Source: a virus
Taxonomy: Duplodnaviria; Caudoviricetes
Direction: 5' to 3' (one strand)
Virus record (IMG/VR): IMGVR_UViG_3300028833_000006
Location: 1-64,000 of that record
Length of the DNA: 64,000 nt
Position 1 is the first letter of the stretch. Every line of letters begins with the position of its first letter. Under the pieces are notes generated by a model. It was not told the DNA's origin. It worked only from the letters and a program-made list of their open reading frames with translations, and did not search any database. The translations under genes were made by a program, and so were the position numbers. Below are positions 26,649 through 37,022 of this stretch, piece after piece.

Positions 26649-26969
26649 TTATCCTTGGGGTTGGTCACTTGTTTTATCATCATTTACGGTATCATTAACA
26701 TCTTTTAATTTGAATATCTTAATAAGTGCACACATAACGACCTCACCACCAAAAAATCCAAATAAACATGTAGTCAAATCACTATCCAATGGTTTCTCAA
26801 AGCCTAAAAATATTAATGCAATTATGACATAGACAATCAATACCGATATACTGAATACAACATAATTTGCTAATGGCACTTGTTGTAAATCAAATCTTTT
26901 TCTATTCTTTATTTTATTTTTTATTTTTCGTATACGTGTTTTAATACTCATTATGAAACTATCTCGCAA
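26649..26969 (-). CDS. Membrane protein (lysis cassette)
   Basis: Two TM segments, FFGGE. Confidence 0.6.
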   Translation of the reverse strand: MRDSFIMSIKTRIRKIKNKIKNRKRFDLQQVPLANYVVFSISVLIVYVIIALIFLGFEKPLDSDLTTCLFGFFGGEVVMCALIKIFKLKDVNDTVNDDKTSDQPQG

Positions 26970-26975
26970 TTCTTT

Positions 26976-28715
26976 TTATTCATACCAGAGAGCATAGACA
27001 TCTATTGACCTAGCACCATTTGTCATTACAGCTACATAAGATGATCCAGATATAGTCTTCTGAGACTTGGCGATAGCACTGTTTGTTAATTCTGTATCAT
27101 TTACAAGAGTTTTATTTGCAGCTGAGAATAACTCACCGTACCTCGTTTTATCCATTGTTTTACCTTGAGTTATGGTACACAGCCTTGTTGCATTATTAAC
27201 TATGTTCTTAGAACCTATACCGCATTGAGTATTACCACCACTTATAAGTACTGTAGTCATAGTAAGTTTATTAGTAGAATACGTTGGTGCTACAAATGTA
27301 TAACCACTATATAATGTCCACCCGTTAGCAGGTTTAGTTTCCTCCGCATCACTACTCATATACCCATACCAATACAGACAATTATCTGGCATAAACCTCA
27401 ATACATTACTGTCTGTATTAAATGCTTTAGTATAATCAGCAGTAAGGTCTTCTGGATTTTTAGCCACACTTGATTTAAGGATAAATGCTGTATCTGGTAA
27501 TACTGCATTTGCTAAATATCCGTTGCTATCTGTTTGTCCTACTACTGTCCAATCTGTTCCGTTTGTAGAGTAGTAGATTGTATCTTGTGCCGCTCCGTAT
27601 ATATCGGCTTTATGTGTTGATATTTCTTTGATGCCTATTATTTTAGTTGGAATATCATACTCATTGTATGTAGTACTTGGACCTGATTGTAAACAGAACC
27701 CACTACTAAAATATACTTTATATTCTCCATCTGTAGCAGAATTATTCAATCTAACATATCTCATATAATGATTAGTCCATATAGAATACATAGCAGCTTG
27801 AATACTATATGCGGTTGAACTATCACCAGAATGAACAGCTGGATTTCTCATAGTATTTGGATTAGTTACATCTATATACATCATAGCCAAAGTACTATAT
27901 GGATAATATGCTTTAAATTCTATTCCAAGCATATTGTAATTTTGCCAACTGTCATCTAATACTACACTTTGAGCAGAAAAAGAACTACTTGCTGAATTAT
28001 TAACCCACAATACTTTTTCTGTTCTAATATTACGAACTTTAGTTTGACTAAGTTCAGTAAGTCCAGTAATTTTAAGAGGCATACACGAAACATTTTCACT
28101 TCCTGTTGCATTACTAGGATAACTCAATGAAAATTTTACACTAGTATCAGATGCATAAAAAACACCTCTTGACCAAGTATAATTACTTGCAGACTTCGTA
28201 GCAATAGTAAGAATATTATGTCTTACAGAATTTCCATCTACGCTCGTTTTAAAATTACTTACTGGTATAATAACCAACATCGGGTCATTATCAATTACCA
28301 TATCGGCGCCATATCTATAATAAAAACATAAATAATTATAATTATTTATATTATCCGACAATGCAACCGTCTGAGCAGGAAACGTTGATCCTGTTGGGCT
28401 TGGATTCTCCCACAATGTAACTTCCTTGAATCCATCCACATCCATTATTTCAAGTTTAATAGTCGTATCTGCTTTAGCAGCACTACTAAATGTGAGTACT
28501 GCTTGACCATCTGTAATCTGTATATTTGATACACCCAGTATCTCACCATCACTAAATGGTTCTACATACTTCTTAATAACACTGGTTGATTTTATTCGTG
28601 AGTCATAAATCGTTACAGAAGTGTCTCCTGTTAATACAGTAGCAGGAGAAGTCCAAGCACTTTTCTCTTTTGGTGCTCTGCTTATATTTTGACCTTGATA
28701 TAATAACTTTGCCAT
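26976..28715 (-). CDS. Tail fibre / receptor-binding protein
   Basis: Two LW.N.S..S.F.AQ.V.L.D modules; located at the end of the tail module. Confidence 0.7.
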   Translation of the reverse strand: MAKLLYQGQNISRAPKEKSAWTSPATVLTGDTSVTIYDSRIKSTSVIKKYVEPFSDGEILGVSNIQITDGQAVLTFSSAAKADTTIKLEIMDVDGFKEVTLWENPSPTGSTFPAQTVALSDNINNYNYLCFYYRYGADMVIDNDPMLVIIPVSNFKTSVDGNSVRHNILTIATKSASNYTWSRGVFYASDTSVKFSLSYPSNATGSENVSCMPLKITGLTELSQTKVRNIRTEKVLWVNNSASSSFSAQSVVLDDSWQNYNMLGIEFKAYYPYSTLAMMYIDVTNPNTMRNPAVHSGDSSTAYSIQAAMYSIWTNHYMRYVRLNNSATDGEYKVYFSSGFCLQSGPSTTYNEYDIPTKIIGIKEISTHKADIYGAAQDTIYYSTNGTDWTVVGQTDSNGYLANAVLPDTAFILKSSVAKNPEDLTADYTKAFNTDSNVLRFMPDNCLYWYGYMSSDAEETKPANGWTLYSGYTFVAPTYSTNKLTMTTVLISGGNTQCGIGSKNIVNNATRLCTITQGKTMDKTRYGELFSAANKTLVNDTELTNSAIAKSQKTISGSSYVAVMTNGARSIDVYALWYE

Positions 28716-28729
28716 ATCATTTATCTCCT

Positions 28730-28990
28730 TTAAATGTTTCTTACTTTAACTCTAACTACTGCATTTTCTTCTAAGGCATTATCAAAAGTTAAAGTAAGTG
28801 TATTATTCGCCACCTCAACTTTTGATATGCCGATTATATTTCCACTAGCACCTATAACACTATGGTCTATGGTGCTAGTAGTAAAGATATTTCTATCATT
28901 GATTGTGACACTTGTATCACCTTGTAAAGCATTTGCTTTAATCTTTCTGGTATTAGTGCCAATCATATATCCTTTATAAAACATTGACAT
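28730..28990 (-). CDS. Fibre adaptor-like protein, paralog of the N-terminus of 26976-28715
   Basis: GDTSVTI.D..I..TS.I shared. Confidence 0.6.
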   Translation of the reverse strand: MSMFYKGYMIGTNTRKIKANALQGDTSVTINDRNIFTTSTIDHSVIGASGNIIGISKVEVANNTLTLTFDNALEENAVVRVKVRNI

Positions 28991-29002
28991 AGTGCTTTCT
29001 CC

Positions 29003-29366
29003 TTATGTTAACTTCTCAATAGTATTATTTGGTGCATCAAGTACAATTACACCGCATCTAGGTGAGACACTAGGACTCTTTATTGTAAATGTTGCATTAT
29101 TTGCATCTGTATATGTGTACAGTCTTGTATTAGCTAATCCATCATATAATGATATACTTCCCACACTTGGAGTGACTGTTATCTGACCACTTGTCGATGT
29201 TGTATATGTTGTAGAACCATCTCCTCTTTTAGTTCCTAAAACAAGTACTGTGCCACTTCCATTTAATGTTATTGAGGCTTGTGATACTGATGTAACTCCT
29301 TCTGATTTACTTCCTACTGAGTACCTTACTGCCCCCCATATTTGTATTCATCTCAACATAAGCCAT
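29003..29366 (-). pseudogene. Putative fibre-tip gene frameshifted in a G6 tract
   Basis: MAYVEM.. stops after 19 aa; removing one G at 29332-29337 gives a 120-aa ORF with an N-terminus like 29436-29789. Confidence 0.7.
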
Positions 29367-29435
29367 AATTCATTCTCCTTATTCTTCAATGAATTTTTAC
29401 TTAACCACTTGTATAATAATAACAAACTTATAATG

Positions 29436-29789
29436 TTAGCCAATTACAGTGTAATATACTGTTTTACCTGCCGTTGTTGTGCCTGCTTTATATACAAATC
29501 CTGTCGATGATATACTAACAAGCACTCCATTATTTGTCGAATTAGGAAATGCATAAACAACACAATCTTTTGACGAAGAGGATATACTCCATCCAGCTAT
29601 CTGGTGTGTGCTATCCATATCAATATCGTAAGCAACAACATAAAAAATACTAGAACTTTCGTACATAGTAAGATATATTTTTTTAGGCTCAAATTCACAA
29701 GTTATTGTGATTGTATTACCTCTAGTCGGTGAGATAAATGTTCCTGTCTTAACATTCCCACCGCCACTACTCATATCTACATAAGCCAT
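29436..29789 (-). CDS. Putative fibre-tip / adhesin protein
   Basis: MAYVDMSSGGG; beta-rich. Confidence 0.55.
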   Translation of the reverse strand: MAYVDMSSGGGNVKTGTFISPTRGNTITITCEFEPKKIYLTMYESSSIFYVVAYDIDMDSTHQIAGWSISSSSKDCVVYAFPNSTNNGVLVSISSTGFVYKAGTTTAGKTVYYTVIG

Positions 29790-29792
29790 AAC

Positions 29793-30029
29793 TTATTCCT
29801 CATTAACTACTGCATCAGCAGGCTTGTTTATTACCTTACCCTCTATATCGTGTAAATGCTCATTTAACTTTGATACCCTAAGAACACTTACAGTTTCACT
29901 ATCAATGGCACTTGCAATAGCAAGAGAGTAGTCCTTCTCCAACTGTAAATCATCATTGTATTCAACTATTGATGATGCACTTGTTCCGTCTTTTAATTCT
30001 TGTACTTGTACTAAATAACATTTAGCCAT
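29793..30029 (-). CDS. Fibre-associated small protein
   Basis: AAGGAGA RBS before MAKCYLV; weakly similar to 30165-30434. Confidence 0.55.
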   Translation of the reverse strand: MAKCYLVQVQELKDGTSASSIVEYNDDLQLEKDYSLAIASAIDSETVSVLRVSKLNEHLHDIEGKVINKPADAVVNEE

Positions 30030-30030
30030 A

Positions 30031-30168
30031 TTACTTTTTCTCCTTATTCTTATAATTTGAAAGTTTATCCCACTCATTACCTACTATTACTGCAATTACA
30101 AATACAGCAAGCATAAGTAGGATAAACACTCCACTAAAAATCAAGATGATTAGATTAAGTATACTCAT
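30031..30168 (-). CDS. 45-aa membrane peptide
   Basis: Manual ORF, one TM plus basic tail. Confidence 0.45.
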   Translation of the reverse strand: MSILNLIILIFSGVFILLMLAVFVIAVIVGNEWDKLSNYKNKEKK

Positions 30169-30434
30169 TCATTCTGCTCCGATTCAGGCTCGGGTTCGGG
30201 TTGGGGAATAGGTGGATTCTGTATTGTCTCCGTATACTTATCACCGCCAGCAACTCTGCCATCCGCATTAAGAATTGATACTACAGCCTTTAATACTGTA
30301 TCCTTATTATTGATATAAGTATTGCATTTAGAATGCCAAAAACTTCTTGCAACATCCCAATCATCTTTAATATCAATAGTTGCTGTTTCTTGAAGTTGTT
30401 GATTTGTTACTAAACTTTGTACATAAAATGCCAT
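30165..30434 (-). CDS. Fibre-associated small protein
   Basis: ORF with PEPE tail. Confidence 0.6.
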   Translation of the reverse strand: MAFYVQSLVTNQQLQETATIDIKDDWDVARSFWHSKCNTYINNKDTVLKAVVSILNADGRVAGGDKYTETIQNPPIPQPEPEPESEQNE

Positions 30435-30534
30435 TTGATATACCTCCTAAATTTATTTTCTATATTGATGTTCCGTCCTGTCCTTTGTCATTGATTACGA
30501 TTTTTACAAGATAGTAGTTCATATTCATTCTCCT

Positions 30535-31290
30535 TTATGATTCCATAAATGTGATGTTTACCATTACTTCCGTAGAAGTTGAAGCGCTAGACATATCCAC
30601 AACAACGCTATCGCCTATGTCTAATTGCTGATACACAACGTTACTCGGCGTAGACCTAACGAACATACACGGCTTAACGGCGGTAAATGTGTGTGTATAT
30701 CCCGAACTGCTTACTGTTACCAAGGTGTAATTAGACGCATACGTTGCAGGATTTGTTCCCGAAGTTGCATAATTCATATTTATCTGCTCTGTCGGTGACA
30801 CATACGCACAACAGTTGTATTTAGTACGTAGGCACCGCCACGCAAGGGTGTTGAAGTCCTTAAACGTGCCGTGTGCCAGTTCGTTCACACCGAGGATTTC
30901 GAGAGGGATAGCAGAACCGTCACCCGTTGCGGAAGCATTTGCCCTATATGCCGTTGTGAATGATAAAGAAGTGCTCGATACATAATCAATATAACGAGAG
31001 TAAATTCTCGCACCACTTGCAACACTTCCCAAGCCTATTACATTTCCAATTTCAGTTGTTGACGTATTTTTTACATCCTCAACTAAATATATGGCACAAT
31101 TTACAAAATCATTACCAGTTGAGGCTCTATACTTAAAAGCCAAATACTTAAAATTGTCCATACTCTCCGACAAAGTAACCGTCTGCGCCGAAAATGTACT
31201 TGTCGGACTCGGATTAGTCCACAATACAGTTTCGGTATACTTCCCACCGCCACCGCCTTTAGTCCTTAATGTGCATAGTTTTTCTGCCAT
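30535..31290 (-). CDS. Putative receptor-binding protein
   Basis: GGGGG linker plus LWTNPSPTSTFSAQTVTL module shared with 26976-28715. Confidence 0.65.
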   Translation of the reverse strand: MAEKLCTLRTKGGGGGKYTETVLWTNPSPTSTFSAQTVTLSESMDNFKYLAFKYRASTGNDFVNCAIYLVEDVKNTSTTEIGNVIGLGSVASGARIYSRYIDYVSSTSLSFTTAYRANASATGDGSAIPLEILGVNELAHGTFKDFNTLAWRCLRTKYNCCAYVSPTEQINMNYATSGTNPATYASNYTLVTVSSSGYTHTFTAVKPCMFVRSTPSNVVYQQLDIGDSVVVDMSSASTSTEVMVNITFMES

Positions 31291-31291
31291 A

Positions 31292-33676
31292 TCAATCTAC
31301 TCCTTCCACATTGATATAAAATCCATCTGTCGGTATGTCACTCGCATACAGATACAGACAAGATACGGTCGTGTCTACGGTTACATACTGCACTAAATCG
31401 TAGGCTTCCTGTTGGGCGGTTGTGGGTAATACTGAACCGCTTGCAGAACCGATATCTATGCTAGGTGATTCTACGTATACGTGATTCAAACTAACCTGTT
31501 TTTTATAAAGTAACACACCACTCTGACTTATTACATCTTCTACCCAACCAATTGTCGATACTTCAAATGTATTTACCTTTACAAGATTATTTACTTTTTC
31601 TGATGACCATACCTTATCAGGCGCAACTGAATTATCATTAATGTCAACATCTACGTCTGTCGCATCTGTTATTACATAAAAATAATGTGGGTCTATTTGT
31701 TGAGTAGGTGTCAGTGCATCATGTGCTTCTTGCGATAATGCGATAGTTACTACATGTCCACTCTCTACTACCCATTTCCCAAGTTCTGCCATATATACAA
31801 GAACATCGTTAGTGGACAATCCAGTAAGGTCTACGTCTGTAAGTTGTGCCATTGATGACGCACCACCAGTTCCGTTCTTTAACTTGTCTGTAATCTGTTT
31901 ATTAGTAAGAGCATAGGGTGCGTAAGTATTATTTGTATCTGCACTGAGCACCATCATTAATGAAACAACACTGTTATCGAATGACTCACCAGAAGGAATA
32001 TTAATGTATAACTCTTCTACATTTGGCTCAAACTCTGAATATTGAGAAAAATCCATATCAAGAGTATCTCGCTTGACAAACAGCTTTGAATAATCTTCAT
32101 CTAATATTGTTCCATTGGCAATGATTACTCCAGCATCAAAACTATACGTGAGTGTCATATATCCAAGATGACCACTTTTGCATTCCATCACCATGTCATA
32201 GCCATTAGAGTTATAATCCATAAGGTCATACTCACTGAGCGGTATTGCTCCAGTTGCTGACCCACCAAGATACAAGACCTTAATTGCTACGTCATCCGAT
32301 GCCGTACCGTTTATTGTCAATGTACCATCGTCATTAACAGTCCACGTAATATTATTTGATTCGCCAGACTCACAATTGATTGGAAGAACATTCTTAGCAC
32401 CATTCTTACGTAATATAGTATGAATGTTGTTATTGTTAGTCTTTACTGTATCAACCGTAGTACCTAGTTCTTTCGTAAGATATCTATTTGGATATGCATA
32501 CGGAACATAGGTATAGTCAGTACAACTTGATTGAACCATCATTGCATATATGACATTGTTGTCAAATACAGCACCAGATTTTATTGATATATTAACACTC
32601 ATCGAATCTTCGTACTGCTTAGTAGATGATTCTACAAGAGCATCAAATTCATGTTCTATATAATACTGAGAATTAGGAGTCTCTTGCCATAGTTCCATAT
32701 CAGATACTGGAGATGGGGATTGCGGATTATTGTAATATAATGTTCCGCTTATATAATTTATACTACTAGACTTAAATAGTGCATTCGTGCTATATATCCT
32801 AACTTTGACTCCAGTTTCATTAAATAACGTGTGAATGTCTATTGGCATAGTGTTCTCAAGAACTGACAATGAAAAATTCGCAGTTGCCGTGCCATTCAGC
32901 GTTATACTACCGTCACTATTTACTGTCCAAGTAACACCATTTTTACTGCCACTTTCACAAGTTATCGGTAAGAAATTCATTGCGCCATTCTTACGCATCA
33001 GCAGTCTAAGGTTATCATCTGTAGTTTGTAAATTTTCTATTTCCTTAGCAACATTTACATCTTTTATCTGATTGGTTATCTGTTTATTTGTAAGAGTATA
33101 AGGCGCATATGTAAAGTCTGTGCATTCTGGTGCCACAAGCATTGTATAAATTACAGCGTTATCGAATGAAGCACCATTAGATACGGTTACAGTTAAGCCC
33201 CAATTGCCCATAACATCCGATTTAACTATACCATCTGCGATTAATACATCAGTAGTTTTTTCTGTAACAGGTTCTAAATAAGGTGAGGAAAATACCGAAC
33301 AATAGAAAGGAGTGTTTATTATAATTTCACCCATGGTTCGTTTATATACGCCACTTATAGTTAATGTTCCTACGTTTGCAATATCCGCACCAGTACTAGC
33401 AAGTACAATTTTATTTGTAGACCTGAATGCATCAACATCTATCGTGCAATTATCTACAAGAGCAATTACAGTATCTGCGGTTGCTGTACCATTTAATTTT
33501 ATTGAACCGTCCGAATTAACTGTCCATGTAAGACCATTACCAGAGCCGCTTGTTCCATTAATCGGCAAATAATTAATAGCCCCATTCTTACGCATTATTG
33601 TCTGTTGCTCATTTATCTTATCTGCGTATTCTCGCAGTATACTTTCTGCATTATCATAAGAAACAAAATTAGCCAT
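31292..33676 (-). CDS. Tail fibre with three internal repeats
   Basis: Three copies of RKNGA.N.LPI..SG..N..TWTVN.DG....NGTA. Confidence 0.75.
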   Translation of the reverse strand: MANFVSYDNAESILREYADKINEQQTIMRKNGAINYLPINGTSGSGNGLTWTVNSDGSIKLNGTATADTVIALVDNCTIDVDAFRSTNKIVLASTGADIANVGTLTISGVYKRTMGEIIINTPFYCSVFSSPYLEPVTEKTTDVLIADGIVKSDVMGNWGLTVTVSNGASFDNAVIYTMLVAPECTDFTYAPYTLTNKQITNQIKDVNVAKEIENLQTTDDNLRLLMRKNGAMNFLPITCESGSKNGVTWTVNSDGSITLNGTATANFSLSVLENTMPIDIHTLFNETGVKVRIYSTNALFKSSSINYISGTLYYNNPQSPSPVSDMELWQETPNSQYYIEHEFDALVESSTKQYEDSMSVNISIKSGAVFDNNVIYAMMVQSSCTDYTYVPYAYPNRYLTKELGTTVDTVKTNNNNIHTILRKNGAKNVLPINCESGESNNITWTVNDDGTLTINGTASDDVAIKVLYLGGSATGAIPLSEYDLMDYNSNGYDMVMECKSGHLGYMTLTYSFDAGVIIANGTILDEDYSKLFVKRDTLDMDFSQYSEFEPNVEELYINIPSGESFDNSVVSLMMVLSADTNNTYAPYALTNKQITDKLKNGTGGASSMAQLTDVDLTGLSTNDVLVYMAELGKWVVESGHVVTIALSQEAHDALTPTQQIDPHYFYVITDATDVDVDINDNSVAPDKVWSSEKVNNLVKVNTFEVSTIGWVEDVISQSGVLLYKKQVSLNHVYVESPSIDIGSASGSVLPTTAQQEAYDLVQYVTVDTTVSCLYLYASDIPTDGFYINVEGVD

Positions 33677-33694
33677 CTTGTATTCTCCCTTTAA

Positions 33695-33733
33695 GTAAAG
33701 GGATACTCTAGGAGCACCCTAAAGTATCCCTTA
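33695..33733 (-). terminator. Intergenic hairpin/terminator
   Basis: aagggatact.tagg...ccta.agtatccctt. Confidence 0.6.
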
Positions 33734-33748
33734 TCTATTAACTCTTAA

Positions 33749-34516
33749 TTACCCAAGAAGTCCTATAAGAGTATTAACTTGTTCTGATGTAAGTGCATCG
33801 GGTTCTGCGGCTTGTATGATGTCAAGTACTGTTACCTCGTCAACTTCTGCACTGTCCCACGCACCAGCCGCATGGTCTGCTTTAAACTTATAGAGTCCGT
33901 TATCGTATACAACAATATCTCCAGTTGAGTATGCTGTTGAAGTATCAAAGTTATCATCAGAAATCATCTCTCTGACACTTACAAGATTTGTTGAAACGGT
34001 ATTGATATTAGTTTGTAAAATATCAAGTAAGTCATCAACTGTAACCGCTACTACGTCATTTTCATCCCAAGCACCTGCTGAGTGTGTTGCAGTAAACTTA
34101 TAGAGAACCAAATCCTTGACACAAATGTCACCTACTGCATAATTTTCCGTTGCGTCAAACTCACTTGCAATCATGTCTGATACTGCTGTGATTGCATCCA
34201 TGATAGCATCAACGTCAATGAATGAACCAATAACGTCAAACTTCATGTCGGGTGTCTCTGCATTACCAAGATTTACTATTGCAACATTCGTACCAGCGGG
34301 ATAGTCCTTGCCTGCACCCTCTACGAATCTAGCGTCTGTTGTGAAATCATCGGTAATGTTGTAAACAAAACCATTCATAGACGCTGTAAGTGTACTCGGT
34401 AAATCATCAAATGCAGAATTACCCTTCACTACATACGCACCGTTGAGTGCTGAAAGTTTCTGACCTATTGCGGTCATAAGTTCTGTCGCATTAGCATAAG
34501 ATACAAAATTTGCCAT
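33749..34516 (-). CDS. Structural protein with two CBM5/12-like repeats
   Basis: F....Y..GD......LYKF...H.AGAWD twice. Confidence 0.65.
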   Translation of the reverse strand: MANFVSYANATELMTAIGQKLSALNGAYVVKGNSAFDDLPSTLTASMNGFVYNITDDFTTDARFVEGAGKDYPAGTNVAIVNLGNAETPDMKFDVIGSFIDVDAIMDAITAVSDMIASEFDATENYAVGDICVKDLVLYKFTATHSAGAWDENDVVAVTVDDLLDILQTNINTVSTNLVSVREMISDDNFDTSTAYSTGDIVVYDNGLYKFKADHAAGAWDSAEVDEVTVLDIIQAAEPDALTSEQVNTLIGLLG

Positions 34517-34526
34517 ATTTCCCTCC

Positions 34527-34727
34527 TTAAATGAGACCTAATAATGTATTCATTTGCTCAAGAGTGAGTTCATCACTCTCAATTTCCAAATCATCTGTGG
34601 ACATATTACCTTCTAAAACATGTCCGTTAATCATAGGCTTATTACTTAATTCATTGTAGTTGGTAGTACCACCACCGCCACCACCGCCCTTTTTAATGGC
34701 AATCGCAAGTATTTCATTATATGTCAT
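34527..34727 (-). CDS. Small fibre-associated protein
   Basis: G7 linker, YNELSNKPMING. Confidence 0.65.
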   Translation of the reverse strand: MTYNEILAIAIKKGGGGGGGTTNYNELSNKPMINGHVLEGNMSTDDLEIESDELTLEQMNTLLGLI

Positions 34728-34745
34728 ACTTAAATTACCCCCTTA

Positions 34746-34958
34746 TTATATCCAATTCCAAGTTCCATCTGACTTCTTGAATGCAAGGTCAGCATCTGCG
34801 GTTAAGACAGTACTGCCAGGCTCTATCTCTTTGCCCTTCGGAAATCCGATTATGTCATCTGTAGATGTTGTTTCTACTTCGTCTTTAGTATCGGAATATA
34901 AGGAAACTACTACTTGATTATTAAGTATTCCTTGACTTAATTCTGTTACTTTCATCAT
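34746..34958 (-). CDS. Small structural protein
   Basis: PGS....DGTW motif. Confidence 0.6.
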   Translation of the reverse strand: MMKVTELSQGILNNQVVVSLYSDTKDEVETTSTDDIIGFPKGKEIEPGSTVLTADADLAFKKSDGTWNWI

Positions 34959-34999
34959 AGTTATTCACCTCGTTATGAGTACAACAACTCTCACTTTTT

Positions 35000-35028
35000 A
35001 TTATACTAAACTAATGGTTTTATGTAAA
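35000..35028 (-). promoter_or_regulatory. sigmaA-like promoter (TTTACA class)
   Basis: TTTACA-17-TATAAT. Confidence 0.6.
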
Positions 35029-35049
35029 CCTATTTTTATGACAAATGTG

Positions 35050-37011
35050 TCAGTCATCAAATCTATTTACTACAAATGCTACAGTGAACCCACTCAAGTC
35101 ATCACCAACACTTAATAAGTTTGAACCAGTCAATGAAAGGTAATACTCAAATGTTTGTGGGTCTTCTTCGATATATGAAATGAATAAATCAGTACCCCTT
35201 TGTGCAAATACCAGATATTCAACAGTCTCTGCACTAAAATTATCCCCACATACTTGCCAATCAAATCCTAAATCAGTACCATCTGGTGCGTGACTTGCAA
35301 ATATATTTTCCAAACTATCAAAAGGTGACACTATTGTCACATCAAATCCTGTAGATGTATTTGTAACTGTGACTGACTGCACTTTATCTAAATCAAATCC
35401 ACTATCTAAAGTTGCCTTAACATATCTGTTGGGCTGACCAGAAATTACAGTGGTATCTGGTGCATATGCAACATAAGTACCTTGGGTAGTCTCATGATTG
35501 ATTATCTCTAGATTACCAAGAGTGCCACCATCAACTACAACTTTCTTATATTTGATTTTGTACAACTCCTCCATAATATCAGAGAATGACTCACCAATAA
35601 CTTGTCGTATTTTTGCTGACGAATACGTATTCGTTGTATTAGTTATATTATCATTAATTAAACCACACCTTTGACTGTATATCTGTACACTTTGTATATA
35701 CTCTCCTTGACTTGTTGAAGTAGATAAAAGACCATGTGTGCCAAGAACAGTGTGTGTAGTCGTATTTACTAAATACATATACATAGAACTGCCGGTCACA
35801 ATAAGTACAAGTGCTATGTCATTATCAATATGATAATATGTGAAATTAGTTAAATTTGTAGCATATCCGTATGATAAATCGTACGTAGTCAAATCTGCCT
35901 TATCTAATACTTGACCTACAACCTCAGTACCATCCATATAAGTTAATGTAATTGCCATTGGAATATCTGAATTATTCCAAGGGTAGAAAATTATAGCACC
36001 TTCATCACCACTATATGCTGTATAACTTTCCCAAGTCTCACCCAAATTCGTAGAGTAGAATGGAACTGGTATTCTACTACCGCTTTCGATAATGACAGAA
36101 CTTACAGTTGACCACGTTGTATCTCCAAAAACATCTGCTACGATTTTCTCACTTGAGTATGTCGTATTTAAAGACTTATTTTCATCATCAATCAGATTAC
36201 TTATGGGCTGTACATTACCATAAACCAATACCATTGGATAATATACATAATAATCTTGTGCGTATCGTATACCAACATTAGTTTGAGTTATAGTATGTGT
36301 TGTTGCATTAAGTCCTACAACTACAGCATAATATGATGAACCATAGTAAGTTAATGCAACTAACAGAATGTCACCGCTAGTGCCTGTCACCCATGAATCT
36401 ACAACGGTATAATTTGATATAGAATCTATAAATGCGACACTAGTGTCAGATTGTAAATATCTGTTCAACACATCGTAGCCACAATATGTCCTTAATACTG
36501 TGGGTACATCTGTGGGTGTAATACCGCTAGGTAAATTACTAGAATCATTGATTTGATAGAACCTAATCGGTAAAATTTCAGACCCAAATGTATAACTATG
36601 CTTAGTATGCTCACCATCATAATAACAAATGTCAATTGAACTGACTTGGTGAAGTGCTGAAAGTTTCATGCTGTTTGTATTTTGCATTACAAACAATTGT
36701 GAATCTATCACACTTTTAAGTTGTCGCAAAGAATCAAGTGTTGCGACATCTCTACGAGACGTACTTGTGAAATTACTGCCATCTAATTTGTGACCAGTTA
36801 TATTCATGTACATCAGAGCATATGCATTATCCACGATAGTATACACGTCATTGACAATGGATAAATCAACGTCTTTTAAGCCATTGGATATTGCCTCATC
36901 TGCGTTATCTGCTGCGTCTTCAATACCATCTTCAATATGTGATAATCTATCTGCACTAATTGGTGTTGTTTCGTCTGGGTAATCTACCCAATTTTGTTTG
37001 TCATATGCCAT
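35050..37011 (-). CDS. Baseplate / tail fibre protein
   Basis: N-terminal AYDKQNW.D....TPISA.RL.HIE.GI anchor; two I.D....TYSS.KI motifs. Confidence 0.7.
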   Translation of the reverse strand: MAYDKQNWVDYPDETTPISADRLSHIEDGIEDAADNADEAISNGLKDVDLSIVNDVYTIVDNAYALMYMNITGHKLDGSNFTSTSRRDVATLDSLRQLKSVIDSQLFVMQNTNSMKLSALHQVSSIDICYYDGEHTKHSYTFGSEILPIRFYQINDSSNLPSGITPTDVPTVLRTYCGYDVLNRYLQSDTSVAFIDSISNYTVVDSWVTGTSGDILLVALTYYGSSYYAVVVGLNATTHTITQTNVGIRYAQDYYVYYPMVLVYGNVQPISNLIDDENKSLNTTYSSEKIVADVFGDTTWSTVSSVIIESGSRIPVPFYSTNLGETWESYTAYSGDEGAIIFYPWNNSDIPMAITLTYMDGTEVVGQVLDKADLTTYDLSYGYATNLTNFTYYHIDNDIALVLIVTGSSMYMYLVNTTTHTVLGTHGLLSTSTSQGEYIQSVQIYSQRCGLINDNITNTTNTYSSAKIRQVIGESFSDIMEELYKIKYKKVVVDGGTLGNLEIINHETTQGTYVAYAPDTTVISGQPNRYVKATLDSGFDLDKVQSVTVTNTSTGFDVTIVSPFDSLENIFASHAPDGTDLGFDWQVCGDNFSAETVEYLVFAQRGTDLFISYIEEDPQTFEYYLSLTGSNLLSVGDDLSGFTVAFVVNRFDD

Positions 37012-37022
37012 AAATAATCTCC

